64,000 nucleotides of DNA from the human T2T-CHM13v2.0 reference genome, Homo sapiens (GCF_009914755.1 NC_060931.1), one strand, 5' to 3'; shown: positions 39,999 through 52,908, counted from the stretch's first letter. Translations and numbers: made by a program. Notes: a model not told the origin generated them from the sequence alone.

Positions 39999-42047
39999 TT
40001 ATTTACTTATTTTTACGTTTTAAATTTTACTTTAAGTTCTGGGATACATGTGCAGAACGTGCAGGTTTGTTACGTAGGTATACATGTGCCATGGTGGTTT
40101 GCTGCACCTATCAACCCATCATCTAGGTTTTAAGTCCTGCATGCATTATGTATTTGTCCTAATGCTCTCCCTCCTCTTGCCCCCAACACACTGACAGGCC
40201 CTGGTGTGTGATATTCGCCTCCCTGTGTTCATGTGTTCTCATTGTTCAACTCCCACTTATGAATGAGAACATGCAGTGTTTGGTTTTCTGTTCCTGTGTT
40301 AGTTTGCTGAGGATGATGGTTTCCAGCTTCATCCATGTCCCTGAAAAGGACATGAACTCATTCTTTTTTATGGCTGCATGGTATTCCATGATGTATATGC
40401 GCCACATTTTCTTTATCCAGTCTCTCATTGATGAGCATTTGCGTTGGTTCAAAGTCTTTGCTAGTGTAAATAGTGTGGCAATAAACATATACGCATGTGT
40501 CTTTATTGTAGAATGATTTATAATCCTTTGGGAATATACCTAGTAATAAGATCGCTGGGTCAAATGGTATTTCTGGTTCTAGATCCTTGAGGAATCTCCA
40601 CACTATCTTCCACAATGGTTGAATTAATTGACACTCCCACCAACAGTGTAAAAGCATTCTTATTTCTCCACAGCCTTGCCAGCATCTGTTGTTTCCTGAC
40701 TTTTTAATAATCACCATTTGGACTGGCATGAGATGGTATCTCATTGTGGTTTTGATTTGCATTTCTCTAATTACCAGTGATGATGAGCTTTTTTTCATAT
40801 ATTTGTTGGCCACGTAAATGTCTTCTTTTGAGAACTGTCTGTTCATAACCTTTGCCCACTTTTTGATGGGGTTGTTTGTTTTCTTGTAAATTTAAGTTCC
40901 TTGTAGATTCTGGATATTAGACCTTTGTCAGATAGGTAGATTGCAAAAATTTTCTCCCATTCTGTCGGTTGCCTGTTCACTCTGATGATAGTTTCTTTTG
41001 TTGTGCAGAAGCTCTTTAGTTTAATTAGATTCCATTTGTCAAGTTTGGATTTTGTTGCAATTGCTTTTGGCATGTTTTGTCATGAAGTCTTTGCCCATGC
41101 CTATGTCCTTATGATATTGCCTAGGTTTTCTTCTAGAGTTTATTTGGTTTTGGGTTTTACATTTAAGTCTTTAATCCATCTTGAGTTAATTTTTGTAAAA
41201 GGTGTAAAGAAGGGATCTGGTTTCTGTTTTCTGCATATGGCTAGCCAGTTTTCCCAGCACCACTTATTAAATAGGGGATCCTTTCTCCATTGCTTGTTTT
41301 TGTCAGGTTTGTCAAAAATCAGATGGTTGTAGTTGTGTGGTCTTATTTCTGAGGTCTTCGTTCTGTTCCATTGGTCTATATATCTATTTTGGTACCATTA
41401 CTATGCTGTTTTGGTTACTGTAGTCTTATAGTATAGTTTGAAATCAGGTAGTGTGATGCCTCCAGCTCTGTTGTTTTTGCTTAGGATTGTCTTGGCTATA
41501 CGGGCTCTTTTTTGGTTCCATATGAAATTTAAAGTAGGTTTTTCTAATTTGGCATAGAAAGTCAATGGTAGCTTTATGGAACAGCATTGAATCTATCAAT
41601 TACTTTGGGAAGTATAGCCATTTTCACAATATTGATTCTTCCTGTCCATGAACATGGAACTTTTTTCCATGTGTTTGTGTCCAGTCTGATTTTCTTAAGC
41701 AGTGGAACACAGTTCTCCTTGAAGAGGTCCTTCACATCCCTTGTAAGTTGGATTCCTAGGTATTTTATTCTCTTTATAGCAGTTTTGAATGGAATTTCAC
41801 TCATGATTTTGCTCTCTGGTTGTGTGTTGTTGGCGTATAGGAATGCTTGTGATTTTTGCACATTGATTTTGTATCTTGAGACTTTGCTGAAGTTGCTTAG
41901 CTTAAGGAGTTATTGGGATGTGACAATGGGGTTTTCTAAATATACAATCATGTCATCTGCAAACAGAGACAAATTGACTTCCTCTCTTCCTATTTGAATA
42001 CCCTTTATTTCTTTCTCTTACCTCATTGTCCTGGCCAGAACTTCCAA
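39999..42047 (-). mobile_element. L1PA8-like LINE-1, ~2 kb, 5'-truncated
   Basis: PA8-type 3' UTR (gggatacatgtgcagaacgtgcagg, taggttttaag); frameshifted ORF2 C-terminal peptides at 40246-41861. Confidence 0.93.
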
Positions 42048-42309
42048 ATAACCTCTCATTATAGTTTTAGTTGTTAATTTTAACATCCATTGATGATTAT
42101 TGCCTACAACATTTATATTATGTAGCATTTGTCTAATGGTGATTTTCTAATTTCATCAGTCTTTTGTCATGCTTATTTATTTACACTCTACTGTAAGAAA
42201 TAACTGCTCTTTCACCTGCATGTTTTTTTATCTTATTTTCATTTTCAGTGGAGTTGCTTATTTGTTATGTATTTATTTATCATTGTTGCCATTTCTAATT
42301 ATAAATTTG

Positions 42310-42616
42310 CAGGGGGATGTAGAGGTTCCAAGAACTAGAGAGGAGAGATTTTTAGAGAGAACTGCTAGGATGACTATTGCTAGAAGGGCTCAGCGGTCCT
42401 GAGGCAACTCTGCAAAGAGGAAGTTGGGGAAAACATCCTGCCCTCAAGTTTCTTCTCTCTGACATTCATCACTGTTTTTATTAATAAAAATACACTAGAA
42501 GCCAGAAAACTAGGTTCTTCTTTGATGTTATCTATACAGATTAGCCTCCTGGGGCAAGAGCATGGTGAAGAAAAATAGCAAAGAATTCTGGAGGGACAAA
42601 GAAGAAATATCATGCA
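42310..42616 (-). mobile_element. LTR40-like LTR, second part
   Basis: agaagccaga ... tatacagattagcctcctggggcaagagca ... tctggagggacaaa, homologous to 35420-35586. Confidence 0.65.
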
Positions 42617-42991
42617 GAGTTAACTTTTAGATATGATAACTAAAATATTTCTCTTTTATTACAACAATGCAAGCAAGTCTTTCTTAGGTTTCAATAAATA
42701 AAATCTACACCTTCTGAAGGTAATGTCCTAGTTTTTTTCTTTGGGTATGGTCAGATCATATTTCATTTATGAACAACAGCTTTCTTAAAACCCTATAATG
42801 GGAAATGACCTTTAAAACCTGCTGAATACCATGCAAGATAAAAGATTTGGCAGCTCCGATGCCTTCTTTAAGCCCTAGATACTTTAACAAAATCAAAGAC
42901 AGCAAGTTTAATGGTACTCTCTTTATCCTAAACCTGACAATTTAAAACCAGAACCTCACACACAAATGTGTCACACGCAGAAATCAGTTAC

Positions 42992-43178
42992 CTTTGCATT
43001 TAAAGTTCACATTCATCCTTGCGACTACTAAGCTTATACTTAGCTTGGGGTGCCAGATCGCCTTCGTGAATACACTGAGATGCCAGTGAGATTGTTGGTC
43101 CCAAAGTGAGATTATCTGAAATTTACTAGGACACCATCCCAGCTACATGACTGTCAACGGTCAGAGATCCAAGTTTAT
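42992..43178 (-). ncRNA. Candidate non-coding exon (187 nt)
   Basis: Minus strand cttatctcttttatagttatatttcag|ATA acceptor and AAG|GTAACT donor in non-repetitive DNA; stops in all frames. Confidence 0.25.
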
Positions 43179-43374
43179 CTGAAATATAACTATAAAAGAG
43201 ATAAGTGCACCTTTCTTTAAGAATGGCAGAGAAATACATGATATAAAGAATATATAAAAAATATGTAATTAGTCTTAGCGTTGATTTCATTGGCTTCTCA
43301 AAGCTTGTAGATATGGATTAAAATGTTATCATAAAAACAAGGCGTTTAACTTTTTCTGTAGACCATTGCAATTT

Positions 43375-43575
43375 GGAGTGGCTTAATAGAAGGATGTGTT
43401 TAGAGTAATGAAGGACTAGGTTTAGATCATGTTCTTGGTGTTAGCTGATTTTGAACAAATAACATGCTCTGTCTCAGACTTCGCTTTCTTGTTTGTATGA
43501 TAATACTTCCAGGGATTTTTTTTTAAGAATTAGAGATGCAGTATTTAAAGTAAATGCAGTTAGTAGCCATTAAAC
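43375..43575 (+). mobile_element. MIR
   Basis: gactaggtttagatc ... ttagctgattttgaacaaataac ... tctcagacttcgctttcttgtttgt. Confidence 0.6.
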
Positions 43576-44659
43576 CATAAAACTACTCTTCTTATACTCA
43601 CGAAAAAATTATATTAACACATTGAGTTAATTAACTCACTGACATTGTTTTTTGTTGTTGTCATTGCTTTCGTTTTTTTACAATTTTTTAAATTATTAAA
43701 TCACGTTGAATTTTGCATGTGTGCACACTGACATCTATACACCAGTTAATGAAGTGTATTTTAAGATCTCTAGTAGCTAAGTAGCACTGGAACCTACTGA
43801 GTCACTGGAACGGTAGCCTCTGTAGGCTCTCTTAGTCTTCTATTAAATGTTAATTTTTTTATCCTAAAGAAGTAAGACTTTAAAGAATATAGTTATCTGT
43901 AGTCACATAAAATATTAGAGATAACTCTTATAGGAATCACACTTATTAATGTAAAATGTGCCCCGCAGTCATTATTCAGCAATATTTTGTTTCATAATGT
44001 CCATATACCATCTAAAAACCGTACTAGGTTCTGTTAAATATGACAACACTGTATTACTTGTGTTTGGGGAATAAGGTGGGGATCTATATATTTGTGTATA
44101 TGCCTTTTACCAACTATATGGGAGGTAGCCATGAGAAGGCCAGTGGTGCCTCAGAGAAGCATGTGCTACAGTCCAGAGTAAGAGAGGACAGACCACAACA
44201 AGGCTGTGAGTGAGGGCATTCTTCTCTTTCCACTGGAAGAAATCTTTTCATATATTTTGTGCACTTTCCAAAAGAAAAAGGAGCTGACTCTCCCACAGTA
44301 TTGCACGGCAAGGTTCTGGCTTAAGTAAGCTGAGTACTAAGGGAATAAGTGAGGCTCGTGAAGAGTATAATATAGAGACATACATTCAGGGAGCACATCT
44401 ACGGCAGCAATGCTGTTAGAGATTTTTACTTCAAACAATTTAATTAGTCCAAAGATTAGAATATTAACTAAGACTCTCATTATATAATAGGAGTCTTAAC
44501 AGAAATTGCTTTTTAAAAAATAATATTATCAATGTTAATTCACACAATACTGAAAACACATAAGCAATTTTTTTAAAAGATATGGATATTGATTCATGGC
44601 CATTCTATAAAATTTTCAACATAGGGTCTTTCCTTTGAATGGAAACTGTTACTGTTCCC

Positions 44660-45280
44660 CCAGGGTCTCTTGTTTGAACCTCTTCGCTTCTTGCTCGGTT
44701 GTGTCTCTGGAAGAACCCATTCTTACCAAAGGACTCAGCTACCAGTAATGATGACCATTGAGCAGACGTAAGGCTTGATTTTGGTTCCTCTGCTGTGCTG
44801 TACTTCTCCCTATTTCAGGCTTTTGTACAATTTATTCCATTTGATCAGAACACTCTTCATTCCACCTGGCTAATACTCAGTAACTGATTAAATTTATAGC
44901 TTAAATGTTTCTCCCTCAGGGAAGTCTACCTTGATCCACCAGGCTAACATGATTCTTCCTTGTGTATGCTCTGGGGCACTCGAAAATTTATCAGTTATAA
45001 AAACAATGTTTATTTTCCCTTGTCCCTTCCCTATAGATTCTCTAACAAAAAGTAGGTTTCTTTCCTTTCCATTGTATCTAAGCCCATGTAGCTAATTGTC
45101 TTTTGAATATCTCTACTTGGATATTCAAGGCATCTCATTAATCAACCCTCCCCTCCATTTGAGCCATATTCATATTATCTGCCTTTCTCTTCCTTCACCC
45201 TCAATTTTTACCTTGCCCTATATTTTCTATCTTTGAATGATGCCATGGTCTACTCAGGTTTGTGATGTTCCTTTTGGAGT
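44660..45280 (+). mobile_element. L2 fragments
   Basis: cagcttaaatg-like tagcttaaatgtttctccctcagggaagtctaccttga; atatctctacttggatattc. Confidence 0.6.
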
Positions 45281-45385
45281 CTTGGAATTTCCCACCATAC
45301 CACATGGAGGCATCCAATTCTATGTTTTTGGGCCCAAGCTTTCCAGGAGAAATGAAAACTTATAATGATATTTAAGGTAAAGAGA

Positions 45386-45780
45386 GGTATTAGTTCATTG
45401 TCACACTGCTATAAAGACATACTTGAAACTGGATAATTTTTGAAAAAAAGAGGCTTACTTGGCTCACAGTTCTGCAGGCTGTACAGGCTTCTGCTTCTGG
45501 GGAGGCCTCAGGAAACTTACAATCATGGTTGAAGGCAACGGGGAAGCAAGCACATTTTCAAATGGCCAGCAAGGAAGAGAGAGTGAACAGGGAGGTGCTA
45601 TACACTTTCAAACAAGCAGATCTCATGAGAACTCTATCACAAGACAGAATTAGGGGGATGGGCGAGACTATTAGAAACTAACCCCGTGATTCAATCACCT
45701 CTGACCAGGCCCAACTTCCAACACTGGGGATTACAATTCAACATGAGATTTGGGTAGGGACACAGAGCCAACCCTCATCC
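45386..45780 (-). mobile_element. MSTA-like MaLR solo LTR
   Basis: gtattagttcattgtcacactgctataaagac ... ttacaattcaacatgagatttgggtagggacacagagcca. Confidence 0.9.
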
Positions 45781-46349
45781 AGAGGTATAACTCTCTAATC
45801 CTTCCTACTTACCTTTATTATTTATGACAATTAGTCTGTCTTACACTTACATATACTAATTCTCTAACAAAAATCTTACTTATCATTGTGCTTGATTGCA
45901 AATAAATGCTTTGCATTTTCTTCACATGCATTTGATATTGTCAGTATTCTGAATTTTGGCCAATCTAATAGGTGTGTAGTGGTGTCTTGTTGTTTTAATT
46001 TTCATTTCCTTTGTGACATGCTATGGAGTATCTTTTGATATTCTCACTTGCATTTTATGTGGAAGTTGTAGTCATTTTAACAATTTTAGGTGTTATCTAA
46101 ATTTTGTAATTCTTAAAAGTTAAATGCACTTTTCTTCAAAAGTAAAAAAGAGTTCTTTCAATGCCTTCTTGCAAACTTCTTTATCTCACAGTAGAGGGAC
46201 ATTGCGAAACTGTCATAAAAATTATCCACAAACATTTTTCTGGGATCATTGAACTCCTGAGAGAATTACAGTGTTTACTCAATTCATGGCTACAAACAAT
46301 ACCCAGATTATTTATATCTCATGAAAAGTTTTTGAAATTATCTATGGAT

Positions 46350-47620
46350 AATTTAGCAATTACATTGACACAACATTATCACCCAAAGTCCACAGTTGAC
46401 CTTAGGTTTCCCTCTTGTGCCTTCTATTGGTTTTGACTAACGTATAAGGACATATATCACCATTATGGTATCATACAAAGTAGTTTCTCTACTGAAAAAA
46501 TCCTCTGTGCTCTGCCTGTTCATCCCTTCCTTCCCCTAACTTCTGGGAACTACTGATCTTTTTACTGTCCTCATAGTTTTGCCTTTCAGCGTTTTCAGAT
46601 TGACTTCTTTCATTTAGTAATATGCATTTAAGAATGCTTCATGCCTTCTCATAACTTGATAGAAAAAATCCATTATGGCAAATACTAGGGAGCTCAACTG
46701 CTGGATCATATGGTAAGAGTAGGTTTAGTTTAGTAATAAACTATCAAATGGTCTTCCAAAGTGGCTGTACCATTGTTTATTCCCACAAGTAATGAATGAG
46801 ACCTCCTGTTTTTCCACATCTTCACCTGCATTTGGTATTGTCAGTATTCTGAGATTTGACCATTCTAATAGGTGTGTATCTTGTTGTTTTAATTTACATT
46901 TTCTTTATTACATGCTATGGAGTATCTTTTGATATGTTTACTTGCCATCTCCATATCTTTCTTGGTGAAGTATCTGTTAAGGTCTTTGGCCCATTTTTTA
47001 ATTGAGTTGGTCATGTTCTCTCTGCCCACATTACCCATTAGTTCTTGCATGTTGTCTACTTTGTTCCATTAGAGCCCTTCACATATTAAACATAGTTAAT
47101 TTAAATTCCCAGTCTGATAATTCTGTTATTCTGGCCATATTTGAGTCTGGTTCCAATGCTTAAAACTGTGCTTTTTACTTTTCAGTACGCCTCGTAATTT
47201 TTTTTGCCAAAAGCTGAAGATGACATACTAGGTAAAAGGAATTTCAGTAAATAGGCTTTTATTAACATATTGGTAAGATGTGGGAGGAGAAAAAGTGTTC
47301 TATAGTTTTATAATCAGGTCTCAATCTTTTGGTGAGCCTGTGCCCCTAGATTATGAATCTCACAAGCACCTCTCAGGTTATTCCCTTTCCTTAGGTGAGA
47401 TAGGATGGCTAGCATGGGCTGAAATTGAGTATTTCCCTTACCTCAGGTAGGTTAGGTGCTCATAAAACCCTAACAGGTTAGGTTCTGGTAAATAGTTTAT
47501 GTTGAGAGAAGGACTTATTAAGAAGAACAGAATGTTCTGGCATATTTCAAAATGTTACTTGCCCCCTATTCCTGCTTGAAGCAGACAATTTGTCTCTGAT
47601 ATTTACTGTGAGAACATGGT
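46350..47620 (-). mobile_element. L1MC1/2-like 3' region joined to L1MC 5'-region sequence
   Basis: acattgacacaacattatcacccaaagtccacag ... aaaatcctctgtgctctgcct; from ~47020 the sequence resembles L1MC 5' parts. Confidence 0.75.
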
Positions 47621-48234
47621 AGAACAAAACTTTGCATTTGAAGTGTAGTTTGACAAGCAGGACTCTTTCAGAATGAACCCAGGAGCGTACTCTATTACCT
47701 GAACAATGAGTCAACAGTGACCTGAGGCTCACTAGTCAATAGGAAAGTGCCCTCAAACTCTGCTTTTCTAGGGTTGAGTGCTTTCCTTCTCCTGGCAGGA
47801 GGTACTGTCCCTGAAGTCAACTTCCTACAGATCCCTAGGTATTCCAGGTAATGGGAACTGTATTTCTTAGGCAACAATTCTAAACAGCTAGAATTGCAAC
47901 TCAGAATGATTGGTGACCCAGTCATATTGTCATCCCTCTACTGAAAAAGTTGTTTTCTAAAAATGTGAGGATTATAGAGTCCTCCTTCTACTGTTCAAAA
48001 TGAAATACTCCACTGCATATCTAGAAAGTGTCATCGTCATGCATGCTTCTCCATAGGATTAACAAGAGGGCCAGAAGGAACTGTATTTTCTCTCCTTATT
48101 GAACACTTACCTTGTACATTTCCCTCAATAAAATGCATTCTTTGGTGCATACCATGTGTTTTGGAATTACCCTGATGTATGATATGTGGTGACCACAAAG
48201 AGGCCCTCTTTGCAGAGTACTTACTCATACTTAC

Positions 48235-48506
48235 TCTTACTCATTCTAGGATATCTGTTCTCCCAGGAATGTCATAGATATGGTCCTTTCTTGTTTGTTG
48301 CTAGTTTCTTCTTTTTCTCTGTCTCTCCTGTCCTTTCATAAAATCCCTTCCCCTCCAAAAACATAATAACAATAAAATATTTTTGTAACATATTAATGAA
48401 AGAGAAATAAGCAAGATTCCCTCTAACCCAGAGTAACGTGCATGAAGTTAACTCTATCCTTTCTAGAAAAATTCTAGTCAAAAGCTCAGGCCAGGGATCT
48501 AGAAAA
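48235..48506 (+). repeat. Local direct duplication, copy 1 (partner 50056-50323)
   Basis: About 92% identical by hand alignment; also visible as near-identical peptides 48272..48544 and 50122..50334 in the ORF track. Confidence 0.97.
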
Positions 48507-48789
48507 TATCCAAAATAGTTACTAATACTTGTAAACATATTCAAAAAACAACCCCTCTCCCTTTATTCATATAGAAAAATATGGCTTCAATTCAACAAGT
48601 TTTCTATGTATATATTCTCAATAATCAAATGTTCAAGTAAATTCATACTATGATTTGTTATTCAATTCAAAACCCTACAATGATAATATATATATAATAT
48701 GTATAGAGAGAAGAGTATGCTACAGTACTGTATATGACATATACTATGTACTCTGTACCATACTATGTAATTCATTATAATATAAAGGT

Positions 48790-49167
48790 AATTTATATAG
48801 GACCAAAGTTTGGGTGCAGGAGTATGCACATGGCTCAAGAAAACAGAATTTGGTATATTTTGAGGAGATTGACATGAGAAGTACGAGACTGGAATTTCTC
48901 TTCTCTTACGAGAGGAAGAGCTATAAGGATCATGTAAGCCCAAGCCTGAAGAATTCTTTCCAGCCATGGGCAGAGTTTTTTCAAGGAATGAAGCCAACAT
49001 AACTGAAAGCAGAGGTGAAAAACTGAGTAAGAAACACTATGACACCATCTTACAGTGAAGAGAGCAAATACATTTTATTTTTAGTTTGCTTTATGTGTAT
49101 TGTAGTTTTAAAAGTAAGTTTAAGTTTGTTTTATGACACTTAAAACTGAATGACTTCTGATTAATTA
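48790..49167 (+). mobile_element. Old MLT1 (J/K-like) LTR fragment
   Basis: gaatgaagccaacataactgaaagcagag ... aagtttaagtttgttttatgacacttaaaactgaa ... ctgattaat. Confidence 0.55.
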
Positions 49168-49249
49168 TCTTTCTTCTATAATGTGATGTATATTTCTTCT
49201 CTACAAATCAGAATTATATTTTGGCCTAGTTCGTTTCTTAAGAGGTAAA

Positions 49250-49510
49250 CAGGGTATTTATAAGGCTCCTGGCAGGAAAAAAGACTTGACAATCTCAAGA
49301 AATAAATTGAAAAGAATTATTAAAGAGACAACTTATGGAGGTGTGGTCAGGGTCAGAGAAACTGACAAGATATGAGAAAGCTGTTGGAAAAGAGGAACAA
49401 TAGAAAGCTTGTCCTACCCCTGGGACCCCAGAAGCGCAAACAGAGGGAATTTTATCAGAAGGTGGTGAAGGCTGTGGCATGGAGTGAACCTGTGAAGCTT
49501 TCTCCTGCAT
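49250..49510 (-). mobile_element. Old ERVL LTR fragment (LTR33/41-like)
   Basis: ggctcctggcaggaaaaaaga ... ttaaagagacaacttatggaggtgtggtcagggtcagagaaac. Confidence 0.5.
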
Positions 49511-50055
49511 GAGCAGAGGCCAATTAAATTACATCTAACTATATTTTTTAGGCAGTGTGATAATTAAACAACCCAATTTCTACCATAATCAGTGTGTACT
49601 TCTCTAAAATAACAAGTATGAAAGAATGTGCCTCTGTATTTTTAAATTTTAATTTCTATTACATTGGTTTGCCATAAATTGATTCAGTGTGGTAGAAGCA
49701 TTCTTTATCATCTCTCCCTTTACATTTCTGTGAATTCTGTTTTCTCTGTTGAGTGAGCATTAAAATATTTAAAGAGATTTTCTTGGTGAGTTTAAATTCA
49801 ATGTTAATATTTTATTAAGGTATAGCTTCACAAAGAAATGCAACAATCAACAATGATCAGAGGCCCTGGGCTTTGGAAATGAGTAAGAGTCGGCTTATAA
49901 AAATACCATTTTAAGTAGTCTTCTTTCTGATTGGCCAGAATTAAGTAAAATCAAACAGAAGTTTTGTTCAGTTGTGCTTGTACTTAAGCTCTTTTTTTTT
50001 CCTGTGATGCTTTTCCAAGGGCAAATGTGATTGAAGCAAGGCAGTCTGTCAGTAT

Positions 50056-50323
50056 TCTTACTCATTCTAGGATATCTGGTCTCCCAGGACTGTCATAGAT
50101 ACAGTCCTTTCTTGTTTGTTGCTAGTTTCTTCTTTTTCTCTGTCTCCTCATTCCTTCATAAAATCCCTTCCCCTCAAAAAACATAATAACTACATTTTTT
50201 TCTAACATATTAATGAAAGAGAAATAAGCAAGATTCCCTCTAACCCAGAGTAACGTGCATGAAGTTAACTCTATTCTTTCTAGAGGGATTCTAGTCAAAA
50301 GCTCAGGCCAGTGATCTAGAAAA
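50056..50323 (+). repeat. Local direct duplication, copy 2
   Basis: See 48235-48506. Confidence 0.97.
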
Positions 50324-50439
50324 GGCAGTACCAAGACTACAGTGTGATGTTAGAGAATATATTTGGAGCAGGCAGATCTTGCTAAATGTTTCAACATAAT
50401 TCCTGTAGACAATTGTATATTCTCTCCCTAATTATGTCC

Positions 50440-51010
50440 ACAGATTGGCAACACACAGGCCCTGTTCACCTCTAAAATATATTTTACTTTAGTCTCAAAA
50501 AAGTGTTAATATGGTCAATGTTTATAGGTAGAAGATGTTACTCACATTTAAAAATGGAAAGGTTTTTACATGTAATTCCAAATTTCCCTCTTCTCTTGAA
50601 AAATGTGACTGTCAAATAATGGGATGAATTCAACTGAATTCCATCTTAAAGGGTACAAAATCTACAGCTCACTAAGATCTATTGTATTTAGAAGCCAAAT
50701 TGCCCTGTTTCACTTATCATGACATGTATACTGTTTTTCTTTTCTGAATATCAGGTTAAGAAAAAAGTTAAAATATTTCTTACATTCTCGTGTATTATAA
50801 GTAGAAAAGTAACAACTAAATTAAATTAAAAGGCTATAGATTTCAAGAAAACTAAAGAAAGTGGATCTCTTTGATTAAAAAAATTAAAAATCATACCTGG
50901 TTTACAAAAGTTGTATCTTTGTCAAAACACTAATTAAAATTACCTTACAAAATAAATCCTGCCCTTTTAAGCATGGGCATTCTTTTCCTGGCCACTGTCA
51001 GCAATGATAC
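50440..51010. mobile_element. Old hAT-Charlie remnant (MER102/Charlie4-like)
   Basis: aattccaaatttccctcttctcttgaaaaat resembles the MER102 core; orientation and limits uncertain. Confidence 0.4.
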
Positions 51011-51869
51011 GGCTACTCCTATTTTACCCACTGGTATGAGAATATTTTGAGGCATACTCTTTTTCCTTTTCTCTTTTCGGATCCCCATCCCCTCCCACCA
51101 CACACACATTCACGTTCACATTCACAGTATGAATACCTCAGACTTATATTCTGCCTTTGAGTCTTAGTTGCTTTGCATATACTGATATTTCTTAAAGTTT
51201 CAAACCCTTAAAGGTGTAAATAATTATCGTTATTTTATGAAAGAGCATATCAGAAAGATTGAGAATATTGTTTGAAATCCTAAGGTTTGTAAACAGTATT
51301 CCAACTCTTGGATTAAACTTCATGGTTGTACAACTACACATTTATATAAATGGTAAATATGTTTTGAAAGTGACTGCCTTTAAAAAAATGACAGAATTAT
51401 TAGGATAAAAGTCATAGAATAGAGGATTAAACGTTATTGAATCAATAACTAATTTGCTACAAATATTCCATGTTATCAGAAGGTTAGCTCTTCTCCTTTG
51501 AAAAGTTCACCCAAATATATCCCTTTGGTGCATTTATAAATATGTAATGTATTTAAAAATATAAAATTGTCAGACGAGTATAATTATTAAAGAAATATAC
51601 TATACAATGAATGAATTCTTCATAACAATGACCTTAGTATATAGTCTTATAGCAGAAATGTTGATGCTGAGATTTAGAAAACATAGGAAGTAATGGAGAG
51701 TGAGATATAGCATATTATGTTACAAGGCACTATTTCACTTCATTTAGCAAGGCCTGAGTAAACTACTGAGAGAGACCACTATGTTAAAATTTGTTTAAAG
51801 AATCAAAATAATTCAATGATTAAAAATTGAAATTACAACTTATTGATCATTAATTATTTCTAAGGCATA

Positions 51870-52068
51870 ATTATACTATGTCCTTTATATACAGTATGCC
51901 TTTTATTTCCTACATATTCTGAGGTTAAGCTTGATATTGAGTCTAAGGCTAATCAATGTTGCTAAATTGTAGGAATCCAAGGGACAGCTAGTAAGGGGCA
52001 CAGCTAGAATTCAACTCCAGGACTATTTTGCTTCAAGTTAGCTTCTCTTAATCATTATGCCACACTGT
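51870..52068 (-). mobile_element. MIR
   Basis: ccaagggacagctagtaaggggcacagctagaattcaactccagg ... ctcttaatcattatgccacactg. Confidence 0.7.
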
Positions 52069-52133
52069 TACTTCTGCTAAGACGAAATTAAGTATTAATA
52101 TAGAAAGAAATAATAAGAACAACAGAAGAGTAA

Positions 52134-52528
<395 letters not shown>

Positions 52529-52566
52529 GTGATATTACTTTCTTTAAGTGTTTTTAATCACATTTT

Positions 52567-52908
52567 GTGGTAGGCATTACTAGCATTCACAATTATTTAA
52601 GATTTTTCTCCTCAACTCATAGATGATGACCCTCCCCAGCTGCATTACACAAAGGTAGGGCCATGTGACTAATGGCAGCCAATGAGCTATAACTAAAAAC
52701 GGTGCATGTCTTTTGTGGGCAGAAGCACTGAAAAGCAGATAAGAGTAACAATATGGAAGATATTTATATGTCTGTGAGGAGCAGATGTCCCTACCAATAC
52801 AAAATGGTTAAGTTGCATACGTAAGATCTAGGCTTTTGTTTTCTTGAGCTCCTGAGATTTGAAATTATTTGTCACTATGGCATAGTCTATCCCATATTTC
52901 CTAATATA
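52567..52908 (+). mobile_element. MLT1I/J-like MaLR LTR
   Basis: tgtggtagg ... gggccatgtgacta ... gccaatgag ... ctgagatttg ... cctaatata. Confidence 0.65.

Noticed and set aside
40246-41997. ORFs of 76-162 aa resembling LINE-1 ORF2p
   Set aside because: Frameshifted pieces of a truncated L1PA8 and their antisense frames, not a gene.
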